A stretch of 64,000 bases of DNA from Salinispira sp. GTDB lineage: Bacteria > Spirochaetota > Spirochaetia > DSM-27196 > Salinispiraceae. Location of the stretch: the NCBI GenBank assembly GCA_965602015.1, contig OZ271918.1:3488001-3552000 (forward strand), given 5' to 3'. The position numbers and the translations under genes are program-made. The first letter of the stretch is position 1. Each line of letters opens with the position of its first letter. Of the stretch, positions 9,957-19,451 are shown piece after piece. The notes under the pieces are model-generated. The model made no database searches. It was not told where the DNA came from and saw only the letters and a program-made list of their open reading frames with translations.

Positions 9957-10817
9957 CTATTCGAGACCACGTCCGGTGAGTTTGATGAAAATATCCTCCA
10001 GGGAGGGTTCGAGCGAGTGAATGGTTTTTACATCGTGCTCTCCGATGAAGTTTTGCAGCTGCTGCTTCCCATCTCCCTGCATGCTGAACTCCGCAGCCTG
10101 CAGTTCGCCGTTTACCTCGTACTCGACTTTTGCCATGAGCTGTCCGTATTTAAGCTTCAGATTTTTCGGGCTGTCGACGGCCACCAGGCTTCCGTCCACA
10201 ATAAAGGCAACCCGGTCGCAGAGTTCATCGGCGACAAACATATTGTGGGTGGTCAGAAAAATGGTCGTACCCTCGGCCTGCCGCCGCCGAATAATCGACT
10301 TGATGCTGTTTGCCGTCGATGGGTCGAGTCCCATGGTCGGTTCGTCCAGAAACCAGATATCCGGATTATTGATCATTGACCGGGCGAACCCCAGGCGCTG
10401 CTTCATACCTTTCGAGTACTGTCCGGCTTTTTTGTCAGCGTCCTCGGCCAAGCCCACCATTTCCAGCACCTCCATGGGATCCATGGTCGGCCTGTCGTAG
10501 AGTTGGGAGTGAAATTTCAGGTTGTCCTTGCCGCTGAGCTTCTTGTACACGTTTGGAATCTCGAAGCCCATTCCGATTCGGTTGAAGAAATTTTTGTCCG
10601 GATGTCCCCTGCGGGTATCGCCGTCGATACTGATGCTGCCGGACTGGATCTGCTGCAGACCGGCAAGAATTGCCTGTGTCGTGGACTTGCCCGCGCCGCT
10701 TGGTCCCAGAAAGCCGAAAATTTCTCCCTTGGCGATGGAAAAACTGACGTCCTTCACCGCGGGGACCTTGGATTTCTGGTATGTGTGGGTCAAATTCGAA
10801 ACCTCGATCATGCTCAT
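9957..10817 (-). CDS. ABC transporter ATP-binding protein
   Basis: Walker A GPSGAGKS, signature YSKGM, Walker B WFLDEP. Start ATG 10817 after GGAGG. Confidence 0.92.
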   Translation of the reverse strand: MSMIEVSNLTHTYQKSKVPAVKDVSFSIAKGEIFGFLGPSGAGKSTTQAILAGLQQIQSGSISIDGDTRRGHPDKNFFNRIGMGFEIPNVYKKLSGKDNLKFHSQLYDRPTMDPMEVLEMVGLAEDADKKAGQYSKGMKQRLGFARSMINNPDIWFLDEPTMGLDPSTANSIKSIIRRRQAEGTTIFLTTHNMFVADELCDRVAFIVDGSLVAVDSPKNLKLKYGQLMAKVEYEVNGELQAAEFSMQGDGKQQLQNFIGEHDVKTIHSLEPSLEDIFIKLTGRGLE

Positions 10818-10853
10818 ACGCACCTCCGATAAGCAGATTGGATGACTGACTTT

Positions 10854-10889
10854 TGTAGTATTGTACTGTTACTATAGTACAATAATACA
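10854..10889. promoter_or_regulatory. Long inverted-repeat operator upstream of the ABC operon (GntR/YtrA-like)
   Basis: TATTGTACT-N8-AGTACAATA at 10859-10884, extendable to TGTAgTATTGTACT...AGTACAATAaTACA with one mismatch. Confidence 0.7.
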
Positions 10890-10951
10890 TCCACACAAGT
10901 TACTTATCAAGATTAATTATGTAAAACTTTGAGATTTCTTTTTTTGATTCG

Positions 10952-11995
10952 CTACCCCGCAAAAGGCGATTCACAGAGCCTGAGAACTCCCGTGAGGGGA
11001 TCACTTTCGACTTCAATTCCAAGCGGAAGAATAATCTGCGGATCGCAGTGACCGAAGCTGAGGTTTGATGCGATGGGCAGTTCCGGATGCCCGAATTCAT
11101 CCCCTACCACCCCTGTCAAAACCGAGTCCAGTGCCGCCTTCTCCTCGACGCTGTATCCCCGGGCCCTGCTGAACATAATTCCCCGGATACGGTCGTAGAC
11201 CCCCATGGCTCCGTAGTTCCGCAGCCAATATCGGACGAAATCCACTGGTGGAACTTCTTCGGAGGTTTCGAAAAACAGCACCTTATCGTTCCAAAAATTC
11301 TCATCGGGCCAGTAGCGGGTGCTCTTTTGCATTTCCAGGACCTCGATGCACCCTCCCCATAGCTGACCGCGAAAAGCTTTTTCACCCTGGAGCCATCGCC
11401 GGCCATCGTCATAACTCTGCGGATTAATTTTGCCGACGTTCTCCCTGCTCCATGGGGGATAGCCCTCGCTGTAGGCGGTAAAATCGGGGATGGCTGCCTC
11501 CGCACCGCGGCCGAACAGAAAATCATTGAAGTACTCGCCATACCCGGCGCCGAAGGCAGGAAGCTGGGAAAAGCCCGCCATCACCGAAGGGCCGTTGAAG
11601 CTGACCAGTCCGAGGCGGGCGAAATAGCTGGTGTAGCCCGAGGTATCGGAGAATCCCATAAAGAACTTCGGATTGCGTTGAATGGCCTCCAGATCCAAAA
11701 ATTGCAGGACCCGGACTGAATCGCTTCCGCCGATAGAGGCAATGATTCCCTGTATCGAGCTGTCTGCAAAAGCTTCATTAATATCGTCGGCCCGCATTTG
11801 GGGCCGGGAAAAGAGCAGGCCGGCATCGGCCCGGGCTGTGGGGAACTCAACCACCTCGAGCCCGAGGCTGCGCATATTGGCAAGACCTGAGTCATACACG
11901 TGCGGACAAACCGATGGACCGCCCCATGACGGGGAGATTATCGCTACCCGGTCACCGGGTTTGAGCTGAGCAGGTTTTGCGTTGGAATTTAACAT
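10952..11995 (-). CDS. S66 peptidase (LD-carboxypeptidase / MccF family)
   Basis: LKPGDRVAIISPS, GFSDTS (catalytic Ser), FFETSEE (Glu), FGHCDP (His). Confidence 0.9.
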   Translation of the reverse strand: MLNSNAKPAQLKPGDRVAIISPSWGGPSVCPHVYDSGLANMRSLGLEVVEFPTARADAGLLFSRPQMRADDINEAFADSSIQGIIASIGGSDSVRVLQFLDLEAIQRNPKFFMGFSDTSGYTSYFARLGLVSFNGPSVMAGFSQLPAFGAGYGEYFNDFLFGRGAEAAIPDFTAYSEGYPPWSRENVGKINPQSYDDGRRWLQGEKAFRGQLWGGCIEVLEMQKSTRYWPDENFWNDKVLFFETSEEVPPVDFVRYWLRNYGAMGVYDRIRGIMFSRARGYSVEEKAALDSVLTGVVGDEFGHPELPIASNLSFGHCDPQIILPLGIEVESDPLTGVLRLCESPFAG

Positions 11996-12079
11996 GAGTT
12001 TTGCTCCATTACATTGGGTATGGGGGCCGGATCAGATTTACGCGCGCATCGCGCCCCGATGATCCGCGCGCAAGGGAGT

Positions 12080-13048
12080 TTATCCGATCCAGTTAAGAAG
12101 CAGTTCTGAAAAACCTTCGATCCGTTTTCGGTTCAGGATAAAGAAAAGACTTTTGTTTCCCCCGGCGCGCTTTGTTATGAGGCCGGCCTCCTCAAGGATG
12201 GCCATGTGCCGGGAGATCGTCGATTTTGCGTAGCCCATTCGCTCTCCGATTTCTTTTTGATTCATTTCCTGATTTGCAATGAGCAAAAGGATTCGAAGCC
12301 GGCTTTTATCAGAAAGGGCGAATGCAAGCCCGGAGATCTGGTCGATACCGGCGGATCGCCGATGGGTATCATTAAAAGGTATATCCCATGCGAGCACGAA
12401 GGATTCACCTGCGTCGTAACCGATCATCATGTGGGGAAACGCGAACATGCTCACTACGATCCCGAAACCTTTCATGCTCGCCGCATCAAAATCCATATCG
12501 AGCCACTTATCGAGAACAATGACATCTTTTGAGGGGCGATGGACAACTCTGTCGGAGATGCTGCCGACAAACTCTTCAACGCTGCTGTCGGCAATGCGTT
12601 GACGTCCGTAGAGAATACGTTCCCGAATCGCGGTCTCCCTCTGGTCAATCAGCGGTTTGAAATAGGAACGGTGGAAGTACCCGAGGAACTCAACCAGCCT
12701 GACCCGGTCATCAGCGCTGAGGCGCTCGTCCCCCGGCTCACGATAATTGGCCGGATCAGAAAGAAAGGACTGATAGTCCTGAGTAAACCCGTCCGCCCCG
12801 ATAAGGTCAGTATCATCCCCAAAAAAGGAGTCAAGTCGGAGGAAGCCGCCGACCATTTCTCCGACTGTTTGGAAATCGGCTCGCTCCTTGACGCTCATTC
12901 GCGAAAGTACCCGGTATGCCCATTCGCGATGATCCGGGTGATGGTCCGGTTCGCCGAGGACGTCAAGGCAGAGGGCTATCTCACTGGCCTGGGAGAAATA
13001 CACCGTAGTAATCGCATTGAGCCGGGAGGCATTGTGGATAGTAATCGT
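12080..13048 (-). CDS. ArsR-family transcriptional regulator with large N-terminal domain and C-terminal wHTH
   Basis: C-terminal ALSDKSRLRIL...STISRHMAILEEAGLI. The frame is open upstream of GTG 13003 to an ACG at 13048, which is preceded by AGGAG. Confidence 0.8.
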   Translation of the reverse strand, partial: TITIHNASRLNAITTVYFSQASEIALCLDVLGEPDHHPDHREWAYRVLSRMSVKERADFQTVGEMVGGFLRLDSFFGDDTDLIGADGFTQDYQSFLSDPANYREPGDERLSADDRVRLVEFLGYFHRSYFKPLIDQRETAIRERILYGRQRIADSSVEEFVGSISDRVVHRPSKDVIVLDKWLDMDFDAASMKGFGIVVSMFAFPHMMIGYDAGESFVLAWDIPFNDTHRRSAGIDQISGLAFALSDKSRLRILLLIANQEMNQKEIGERMGYAKSTISRHMAILEEAGLITKRAGGNKSLFFILNRKRIEGFSELLLNWIG

Positions 13049-13074
13049 GACGGGGCTCCTGATAGTACTGGCTC

Positions 13075-13083
13075 AGTATATCA
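13075..13083 (-). promoter_or_regulatory. Extended -10 promoter element of the ArsR gene
   Basis: TGaTATACT on the minus strand, about 15 nt upstream of the SD. Confidence 0.55.
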
Positions 13084-13093
13084 CGCCGCGTCC

Positions 13094-13912
13094 TCAGCTG
13101 TAACTCAGGTCCCCTCGCTCTTTTCCCCGCCGCTCCCCAAATCGGAGCAGGTCTGTGGCGAGGATGCCATATGCTATTGCCAGCAGAGCCAGGACACCTG
13201 CCGAGCGGAGCATGGCGCCGTAGTCCGGTTGCTCAGTGAGAGCCAGGCGGATTAGGCTGATCGAATGGGAAATAGGGTAGAGAAGAGCCATACCGGCGAA
13301 CCCTGCCGGAAGTGCTGAAACCGGGAAGCGGAATCCCGAGAAGAAGTCTGCTGGGGTTTCAAAAAGAGCATAAAGAAATCGGGCATTCCGCCCTATGAGG
13401 AAAACCGACGAGACGAAAGCCCCCCAGGGTATGCTCGCCAGGATTACATACATTATGCTTCCGGCCACCAGAAACGGGTGTACTAAAGAAATATCGAAAA
13501 GAATAATTGCCGAAGCCATCAAGCTGACAACGCTAATCACTGCACTTATTACCGCGCTCAACGAGAGACCCATTAACCAGGCCAAACGGGAAGCCGGTGA
13601 GAGGTATAGTATTTCCAGAACGCCGAAATCCCGTTCCGTACTTATACCCATGCCGATTCCGATGTATTCCTGGAAGAGGAACAGAACGAATATGCCTGAA
13701 AATAAGTAGGTCCACAAATCCAGGTCTCCGCTCACAGCCGGTACGCCGCCCTTTCCGTCCCAGAACGGTGCATAGGACAAATAGACGCTTGCTATATGAA
13801 GCAGGGGCCAGAGCAGCTGTTGAAGGAAGAATACCGGGAGGTTGAAGTGTATCCTGCGAATTGTGTTTGTCAGCTGCATCTTGTAAAGCAACGTCAGATT
13901 GCCGGGGCTCAT
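13094..13912 (-). CDS. ABC-2 type transporter permease
   Basis: ERDFGVLE motif, FSGFRFPVSALP, about six TMs. Confidence 0.85.
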   Translation of the reverse strand: MSPGNLTLLYKMQLTNTIRRIHFNLPVFFLQQLLWPLLHIASVYLSYAPFWDGKGGVPAVSGDLDLWTYLFSGIFVLFLFQEYIGIGMGISTERDFGVLEILYLSPASRLAWLMGLSLSAVISAVISVVSLMASAIILFDISLVHPFLVAGSIMYVILASIPWGAFVSSVFLIGRNARFLYALFETPADFFSGFRFPVSALPAGFAGMALLYPISHSISLIRLALTEQPDYGAMLRSAGVLALLAIAYGILATDLLRFGERRGKERGDLSYS

Positions 13913-14874
13913 GCAGTAATCCTTGATGATAAGCTGAGAACTGCCTCTTCCAGGTCGGGCCGTTCGCTTTCGTACCGGATATCCCGGGCATCATTACGGT
14001 TCAGGACTTCAATAATCTTGGAAGCAATGGGGGAGTCGCTGCGAACCGAGAAACGCATTTCCCGTGCTTTGATTTCACTGCACTCTGTGTTTTTACCGAT
14101 GCTTTTGAGTATTCTGTTCACCTGGTCCTGGGATGTGACCGAGCAGGTAAAGCTGTGCCTGGTAGAGAGGCCCAATCTGCAATTCAGCTCCGCCGGGCTG
14201 CCATGAAATATCATATGGCCTTTATCCAGAATTGCGATATTCGGACACAACTCTTCTACTTCTTTCATATAATGGCTCGTGAGCACCACGGTGCGCCGGG
14301 GGTCGCTGAGGAGCCGGTCGCGGATAAAACTGCGAATCTCGCTGGCAAACTCCACGTCCAGCCCAAGGGTCGGCTCATCCAGAAAAAGGTATTCCGGATC
14401 ATTTATCAGCCCCCGGGCGATTGACAATCGCTGTTTCATGCCCCGGGAGTACTGTTCGACCCTTCGGTTTCCCTCTCTGCTAAGGTTGACGAATTCCAAG
14501 AGCCTGTCGGCATGAACCTTAGCCTCCTTACCGGTCATTCCATATAGCGCTGCAAAGTATTCAAGATTTTCCCTGCCGCTCAAGCGAAAATACAGCATCC
14601 GGTCGCTTCCGGTTATCATGTTCACCTTTGCCCGAATGACTGATTCATTATGTATGCTGTCCGCCCCGTCCAGCAGAATGGTTCCGTCTGTCGGTCTGAG
14701 CAGAGTTGCCATCATTTTTATTGTAGTGGTTTTACCGGCTCCATTAATTCCGAGAAGCCCGAATCCCCCCCGATCGATTTGCAGGTTGAGGCCGACTACT
14801 GCTTCAGTCTCGTCATTACTGCGCAAAAGTCTTTTGGTCACATAGGTCTTGCGTACGTTCCGTAGTTCAATCAT
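13909..14874 (-). CDS. ABC transporter ATP-binding protein (DrrA/NodI-like)
   Basis: GINGAGKT, YSRGM, LFLDEP. Confidence 0.9.
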   Translation of the reverse strand: MIELRNVRKTYVTKRLLRSNDETEAVVGLNLQIDRGGFGLLGINGAGKTTTIKMMATLLRPTDGTILLDGADSIHNESVIRAKVNMITGSDRMLYFRLSGRENLEYFAALYGMTGKEAKVHADRLLEFVNLSREGNRRVEQYSRGMKQRLSIARGLINDPEYLFLDEPTLGLDVEFASEIRSFIRDRLLSDPRRTVVLTSHYMKEVEELCPNIAILDKGHMIFHGSPAELNCRLGLSTRHSFTCSVTSQDQVNRILKSIGKNTECSEIKAREMRFSVRSDSPIASKIIEVLNRNDARDIRYESERPDLEEAVLSLSSRITA

Positions 14875-14898
14875 CGGTACCCCCTTATATTGCGATTG

Positions 14899-15693
14899 CT
14901 ATGACAGGTGTTTCTCAACGGCCCGCCGCTCGATAACGGGCAATAACATTAATCCGAGAAGCGAAGCGCCAAACCCGAAGGCGAAACGGGGAATATCCGC
15001 CGAACCGAGCTCTGATGAAACAGGCAGCAATCCTATGCGCACCAGATGAACTGCTCGATGCAGGGGCAATAAAAAGAAGATTTTTTCCAGCCAATCCGGG
15101 AGGAATTCAAGCGGAAAGAGAAAGCCTCCGCCCATAATGAGTATTGGAAATATACTGTTCTGGATGAGATAGGTGTCCTTCAGATGTATCATAAGCAGGC
15201 TGGTCAGGACTGATATGCCAAAAAGACTGAGGTACAGCAGAGCGAAACCGAGAATGAGCATATACGGGGAAAATTCAAATCTGATGCCCATAATCCCCCC
15301 AATCGCAAAGGCCAGAAAAAGGTCAAAAGAAGTGAGGAGTATCTGGGCGCCATGAGCCCCGAGGTAAAACTGCCAACGGGGGAAGGGAGCCAGAAAAACT
15401 GATTCTATGGTTCCCTGTCGCAGCTCTGTCATGAGAATGCGGCTTACATTGAGAAATATACTCATGCTGACTGCGTATAGGGCTGCGCCGACGACGATGT
15501 AGGCTCGATAGTCCACATCGTCAGTTAGCGTCTTGAAATCCGGAGACGTTTGTCCGGCCTGGAGCTGATAAAGAATCTGGGCTGTAGCGATTATGAACAC
15601 TGCGCCGGTGATCCTGCTAATGACGAAGTCTATGTATTCCCCCCGCAAAGCTGAAATGAGATTCTTGCGGAGCACTGCCAAAATCAGCATCAT
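14899..15693 (-). CDS. ABC-2 type transporter permease
   Basis: ELRQGTIE motif, GGFLFPLEFLP. Confidence 0.85.
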   Translation of the reverse strand: MMLILAVLRKNLISALRGEYIDFVISRITGAVFIIATAQILYQLQAGQTSPDFKTLTDDVDYRAYIVVGAALYAVSMSIFLNVSRILMTELRQGTIESVFLAPFPRWQFYLGAHGAQILLTSFDLFLAFAIGGIMGIRFEFSPYMLILGFALLYLSLFGISVLTSLLMIHLKDTYLIQNSIFPILIMGGGFLFPLEFLPDWLEKIFFLLPLHRAVHLVRIGLLPVSSELGSADIPRFAFGFGASLLGLMLLPVIERRAVEKHLS

Positions 15694-15715
15694 GGCCCTC
15701 CCAGAAAATGTTAGT

Positions 15716-15737
15716 TAGTTCGCTAATAAGCGAACTA
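15716..15737. promoter_or_regulatory. Palindromic operator overlapping the ABC operon -10 box (probable ArsR site)
   Basis: Perfect TAGTTCGCT-N4-AGCGAACTA, overlapping a minus-strand TATAGT. Confidence 0.7.
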
Positions 15738-15855
15738 TACAAGTATCGCGCACTATTCAATTTGATGCAAGCACCTTGGATCTTTGACCGCGAAAGCTTC
15801 TTTTTGCCCGGATCTCGCGATACAATTGCATCGCAGGTTCTGCACAGGAGGACCG

Positions 15856-17040
15856 ATGTCGACATGGTATCAGCGATGGGCCTTCTCTATGTTGCGTGCC
15901 GGCCATATCCGCCGGTTGCTGCGGCGCTATTCGGTGAGTTTCACCGGAGACTTGAGCGAGCCCGATGCGCCGTATCTGTTTGTCAGCAATCATCAGCATA
16001 TGGCTGACTCGTATATTCTGGCCGCCAGAATGGCCGATCCGGTAATGGGCATGGCCGATCACGAGGCCAGTGAGTTGCTGCAGCGCATCGGGGGAAAAAT
16101 TCTCGGCCTGTATTTCAGACGGCCCGGAATTGATGATACTGCAGTAATCAGGAAAACCAGGGAGTTGTTGTCCGCCGGCCATAACGTCGGCATTTTCCCG
16201 TCGGGCGCCATGAGCTGGACAGGAAGGGATGAGATCAACTATCTGCAGACCGCAAAACTTGCGAAAATTCTCAGGGTCCCCCTGCGGATAGCGCGGATTC
16301 GGGGATTATACCTCGCCGGTCCCCGTTGGGCGGAAAGCCCCAGGCGCTGCCCTGTGACAGTGGAACTGTCCCGGCTCTCTGCCGATGAAATCCGCGAACC
16401 CAAAGCCGCGGATCTCGCCGCCCTGCTGGAACACCGCATGGCTCATGATGAAGTCCGTGACCTCCGGGGATATGACGTGCGCGGAAAAAACCTTGCGGCG
16501 GGAATCCATAATATCATCTGGCGATGTCCGTCCTGCGGTACCCAGGACAGCATGTACGGATCGGCGGACCGCATCAGCTGCCGCGCCTGCTCGGAGGAAT
16601 GGAATCTTCGCGGCGACCTGACCATCGGCGGTGGCGGATTTTCTGATATTATCCAATGGCATGATTGGCAGTGCGAATCCCTGGTGGTATTTCCTTTCGG
16701 ACATCATGCGGAGGTATCACCCATAACAACCGAAAACGCAGAGCTGAAAATAGTTCCCCAGCCGGGGGCGAAAAGTGCGGGAGCTGACGGAAAAGCCCCC
16801 GCTTCGGGCAGCTACCGCGGGGTATCCGTGCTGCAGGGGGAGAACAGCATTGAACTGGCACTTGCCGGACGCCGCCAGTGGAACCTGCCGCTTCAGTCTA
16901 TCCGGGCAGCTCGGGTATTAAAGAACCGCAGTTTCTGCTTTAGTCATGCAAACTCCAGATACCGGCTGACGGCACCGGGGGTGAATCTGCTCAAATGGCT
17001 GAGGCTGTGGGAACGGGCGGCAGAAATGCGCCGATTGTAA
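15856..17040 (+). CDS. Lysophospholipid acyltransferase (PlsC-like) with Cys-rich C-terminal part
   Basis: NHQHMAD (HX4D), IFPSG, and CPSC/CRAC pairs. ATG 15856 after AGGAGG. Confidence 0.8.
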   Translation: MSTWYQRWAFSMLRAGHIRRLLRRYSVSFTGDLSEPDAPYLFVSNHQHMADSYILAARMADPVMGMADHEASELLQRIGGKILGLYFRRPGIDDTAVIRKTRELLSAGHNVGIFPSGAMSWTGRDEINYLQTAKLAKILRVPLRIARIRGLYLAGPRWAESPRRCPVTVELSRLSADEIREPKAADLAALLEHRMAHDEVRDLRGYDVRGKNLAAGIHNIIWRCPSCGTQDSMYGSADRISCRACSEEWNLRGDLTIGGGGFSDIIQWHDWQCESLVVFPFGHHAEVSPITTENAELKIVPQPGAKSAGADGKAPASGSYRGVSVLQGENSIELALAGRRQWNLPLQSIRAARVLKNRSFCFSHANSRYRLTAPGVNLLKWLRLWERAAEMRRL

Positions 17041-17056
17041 AGGCTTCGCAAGCAAA

Positions 17057-18319
17057 CTATCGGCGGGCGGCGATTTCCCGGCATTTTTTACTGTAATGAT
17101 CCAGCATATCCCGCTCGAAAGAGTCATTGTCCGGGTACTGACGGCCGAGTACCGGTTGCCACAGGCCGGGGTCTTCCATGCACAGATAAAAAAACACCGC
17201 ATCCCGCCAAGAATAAAGTTCATCCGCAGCCAGGGAGAACATCTTCCGCTTTATCTCAAAAGGATATGAGTACTTCCCGGCAATCTCCTCCATGGGCATC
17301 TGAAGAATTGCGCTCTTGAAATCCCTATTGCGGATTTTTTTTAATACCGGCTTGATGTAGGTGAGGGTTCCCAGGCTGACGAGCACCACCTCCGAAGGAG
17401 AGAACCGCCGCTTCATTTCGCGGAAGAGTTGGCGGTACTCTTCTTCCCAGTTTTTGTAATGCACCATAGGATGAAAATGAAACCCGATAGGAATCCCCCT
17501 GTCAGCGCAGGCCCGGGCGGCTGACAGACGCCGCTCAAGATCGGCGGTTTGGTGTTCTTCATTCGCTATGACGGCGTCGGTATTAAGCGACCAGGTCACT
17601 AGCACATTCGCAGGAACCGGGTTTTCCATCAGCCAACGGATATTGTCTGATTTCGTTTTTAGCTCGAGAATGACCTGTGGTCTTTTCGCTGCGAAGCTCA
17701 TAAGATTTTCCAGCAGCCCCTCCCGGTTGCCCCACATGAGGGAATCCGATGACTGGCCGGTGCCGATGTGGTAGGGTTTTTCCGAATCCAGGTCCAGGTT
17801 CTCCAGCTTGTCGGCGAGATTTCCGTGAAAGGATATTTTTCCGTCATCATAAAATGACTGGATGGAGCAGTAGGAGCAGTCAAAACCGCAGCGGAACACC
17901 GCATCCAGGGTGTACAGATTGCAGCAGCGGGTCTTTTCCGACGCCACCGGGCAGCGGCCCATTATATTGCGACCGTCGCTGATCTCGATAAAGCGCGATG
18001 TTGTCGCTGGGGGAGCATCAGTCGGGCTCGAGAGATAATCGTGCCCGGCGGCAGCGAGGGTGCGGTAATAATCCCTAAAAGCAGTCATCAGGGTTTCACG
18101 CGGTCGGGGACTCCGGAGGTCTACTGTTGCTTCCGGCTTTTTTTGGGCAAAGCTCGCTTCGTTCCACATATTCATGTCCCGCATCATGACCATCAGTTGT
18201 TGTTGCTGGGACCGGGTCAGACAGTAGGTCTTGGAGACTTTGCTCAGGTAATCCTTGTCGTCTTCAGAGAGAAGGATGAATAGGGCTTGATTTGAGAGAT
18301 GCTCCTGACCGTCCTGCAT
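17057..18319 (-). CDS. Spore photoproduct lyase-like radical SAM protein
   Basis: CGFDCSYC cluster motif, GTGQSSDS, LELKTKS, WSLN, GFHFHP, YLCME. The true start is likely ATG 18319, since the listed upstream part overlaps the neighbouring gene. Confidence 0.8.
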   Translation of the reverse strand: MQDGQEHLSNQALFILLSEDDKDYLSKVSKTYCLTRSQQQQLMVMMRDMNMWNEASFAQKKPEATVDLRSPRPRETLMTAFRDYYRTLAAAGHDYLSSPTDAPPATTSRFIEISDGRNIMGRCPVASEKTRCCNLYTLDAVFRCGFDCSYCSIQSFYDDGKISFHGNLADKLENLDLDSEKPYHIGTGQSSDSLMWGNREGLLENLMSFAAKRPQVILELKTKSDNIRWLMENPVPANVLVTWSLNTDAVIANEEHQTADLERRLSAARACADRGIPIGFHFHPMVHYKNWEEEYRQLFREMKRRFSPSEVVLVSLGTLTYIKPVLKKIRNRDFKSAILQMPMEEIAGKYSYPFEIKRKMFSLAADELYSWRDAVFFYLCMEDPGLWQPVLGRQYPDNDSFERDMLDHYSKKCREIAARR

Positions 18320-18338
18320 TGCCGGAAGTATACCAGAA

Positions 18339-19451
18339 TCACCCTCGTAATTCAGCGTTTTTATGTGAAGGAGTATTCGAAGCGTCCCGAGGCAGAGCCC
18401 AAAACGACTGGTCGGGCATATCGATGCAGGAGCCGCAATACTCGTTCTGGGAATTGATAATCCCGGCCCGCCGGACACCGGGAATTACCTGGAGATCAAA
18501 AATCTCGTCCACCGATGATTTGTAGGTGAGCTGTCCGACCTTTGAGGCGGTGGGGAGGTGGATGATTTCTATGCCCGCCCTGCTTGCTCCATCGCTGATT
18601 TCCAGATCGCGAAAAATCGACGAGTTCTTTCGTAGCCGCGAATAGGCAATAAAAAGGAAATCACCCCATTTCGCCATTCCGCGGACAAAACCGTTTATTT
18701 TCCGCACCAACTCACGCCGTCCGTTTTTCCGGTCAATATGAACCAGTTCACCGGTGGCCGACAATAAGAGGTATAACTCTCCGTCATAGAGCCTTGGTGT
18801 ATGGGGCATGGGAAGTTCGCGGGAAATAATCTCTCCGTCCGGCAGACTGTAGAGCACCCCGCCCCCGGGTAGTCCCGGTTTCCAGGAGCGCGGGCTGTCC
18901 CCCGTGTTAAAGGCCGTGGCATAGGCCGGTTCACCGTTATCCATTGCCATTCCGTTCAAATGGCAGCGGTCCTCCGGCGCCAGTCGGGAGATGGAAGGCG
19001 GTTTCCAGGCGGGGTAGAATGAGTAATTCTCTCCGACAATCCCGATGCAGGACATGGTGGTGTTTACCGCCCAAAGTCCCTTATTGCCCCATTCGAGGCT
19101 GTGGATATCAAGGGGCCCCGTGTGGTACTCGGCCTGGGGCACATAGATGGTCTCGTAGAGTTCTTTCTGCCGGGGATAATCAGGAGCCAAGCGGGGAGAG
19201 GAGCGCAGCACCACCACCCGGGAGCGACAGGCCACTGCCAGGGATGCGCCTCGTATGCCCAGAGCCATTGCCTGCTCGAAGTTTCGCGGCAGCTGTATAA
19301 GCTGTTCATCATTCAGAGCCGACAAAAAAATGACCTTGCCAGCCTGGTATGTGGAGACCGCGAGGGTGAGCCCCGCCTGGTTAAAAAATTCCGGGACATT
19401 CGGCGAGTAGGTGCAGGTGAATGGTGCTGGAGGCTGATTTACCCTATCCAC
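18339..19451 (-). CDS. TIGR03032 / DUF4915 family protein (unknown function)
   Basis: Family motifs STYQAGK, TGPLDIH, EDRCHLNG, MPHTPR, GFVRG. Confidence 0.85.
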   Translation of the reverse strand: MDRVNQPPAPFTCTYSPNVPEFFNQAGLTLAVSTYQAGKVIFLSALNDEQLIQLPRNFEQAMALGIRGASLAVACRSRVVVLRSSPRLAPDYPRQKELYETIYVPQAEYHTGPLDIHSLEWGNKGLWAVNTTMSCIGIVGENYSFYPAWKPPSISRLAPEDRCHLNGMAMDNGEPAYATAFNTGDSPRSWKPGLPGGGVLYSLPDGEIISRELPMPHTPRLYDGELYLLLSATGELVHIDRKNGRRELVRKINGFVRGMAKWGDFLFIAYSRLRKNSSIFRDLEISDGASRAGIEIIHLPTASKVGQLTYKSSVDEIFDLQVIPGVRRAGIINSQNEYCGSCIDMPDQSFWALPRDASNTPSHKNAELRG

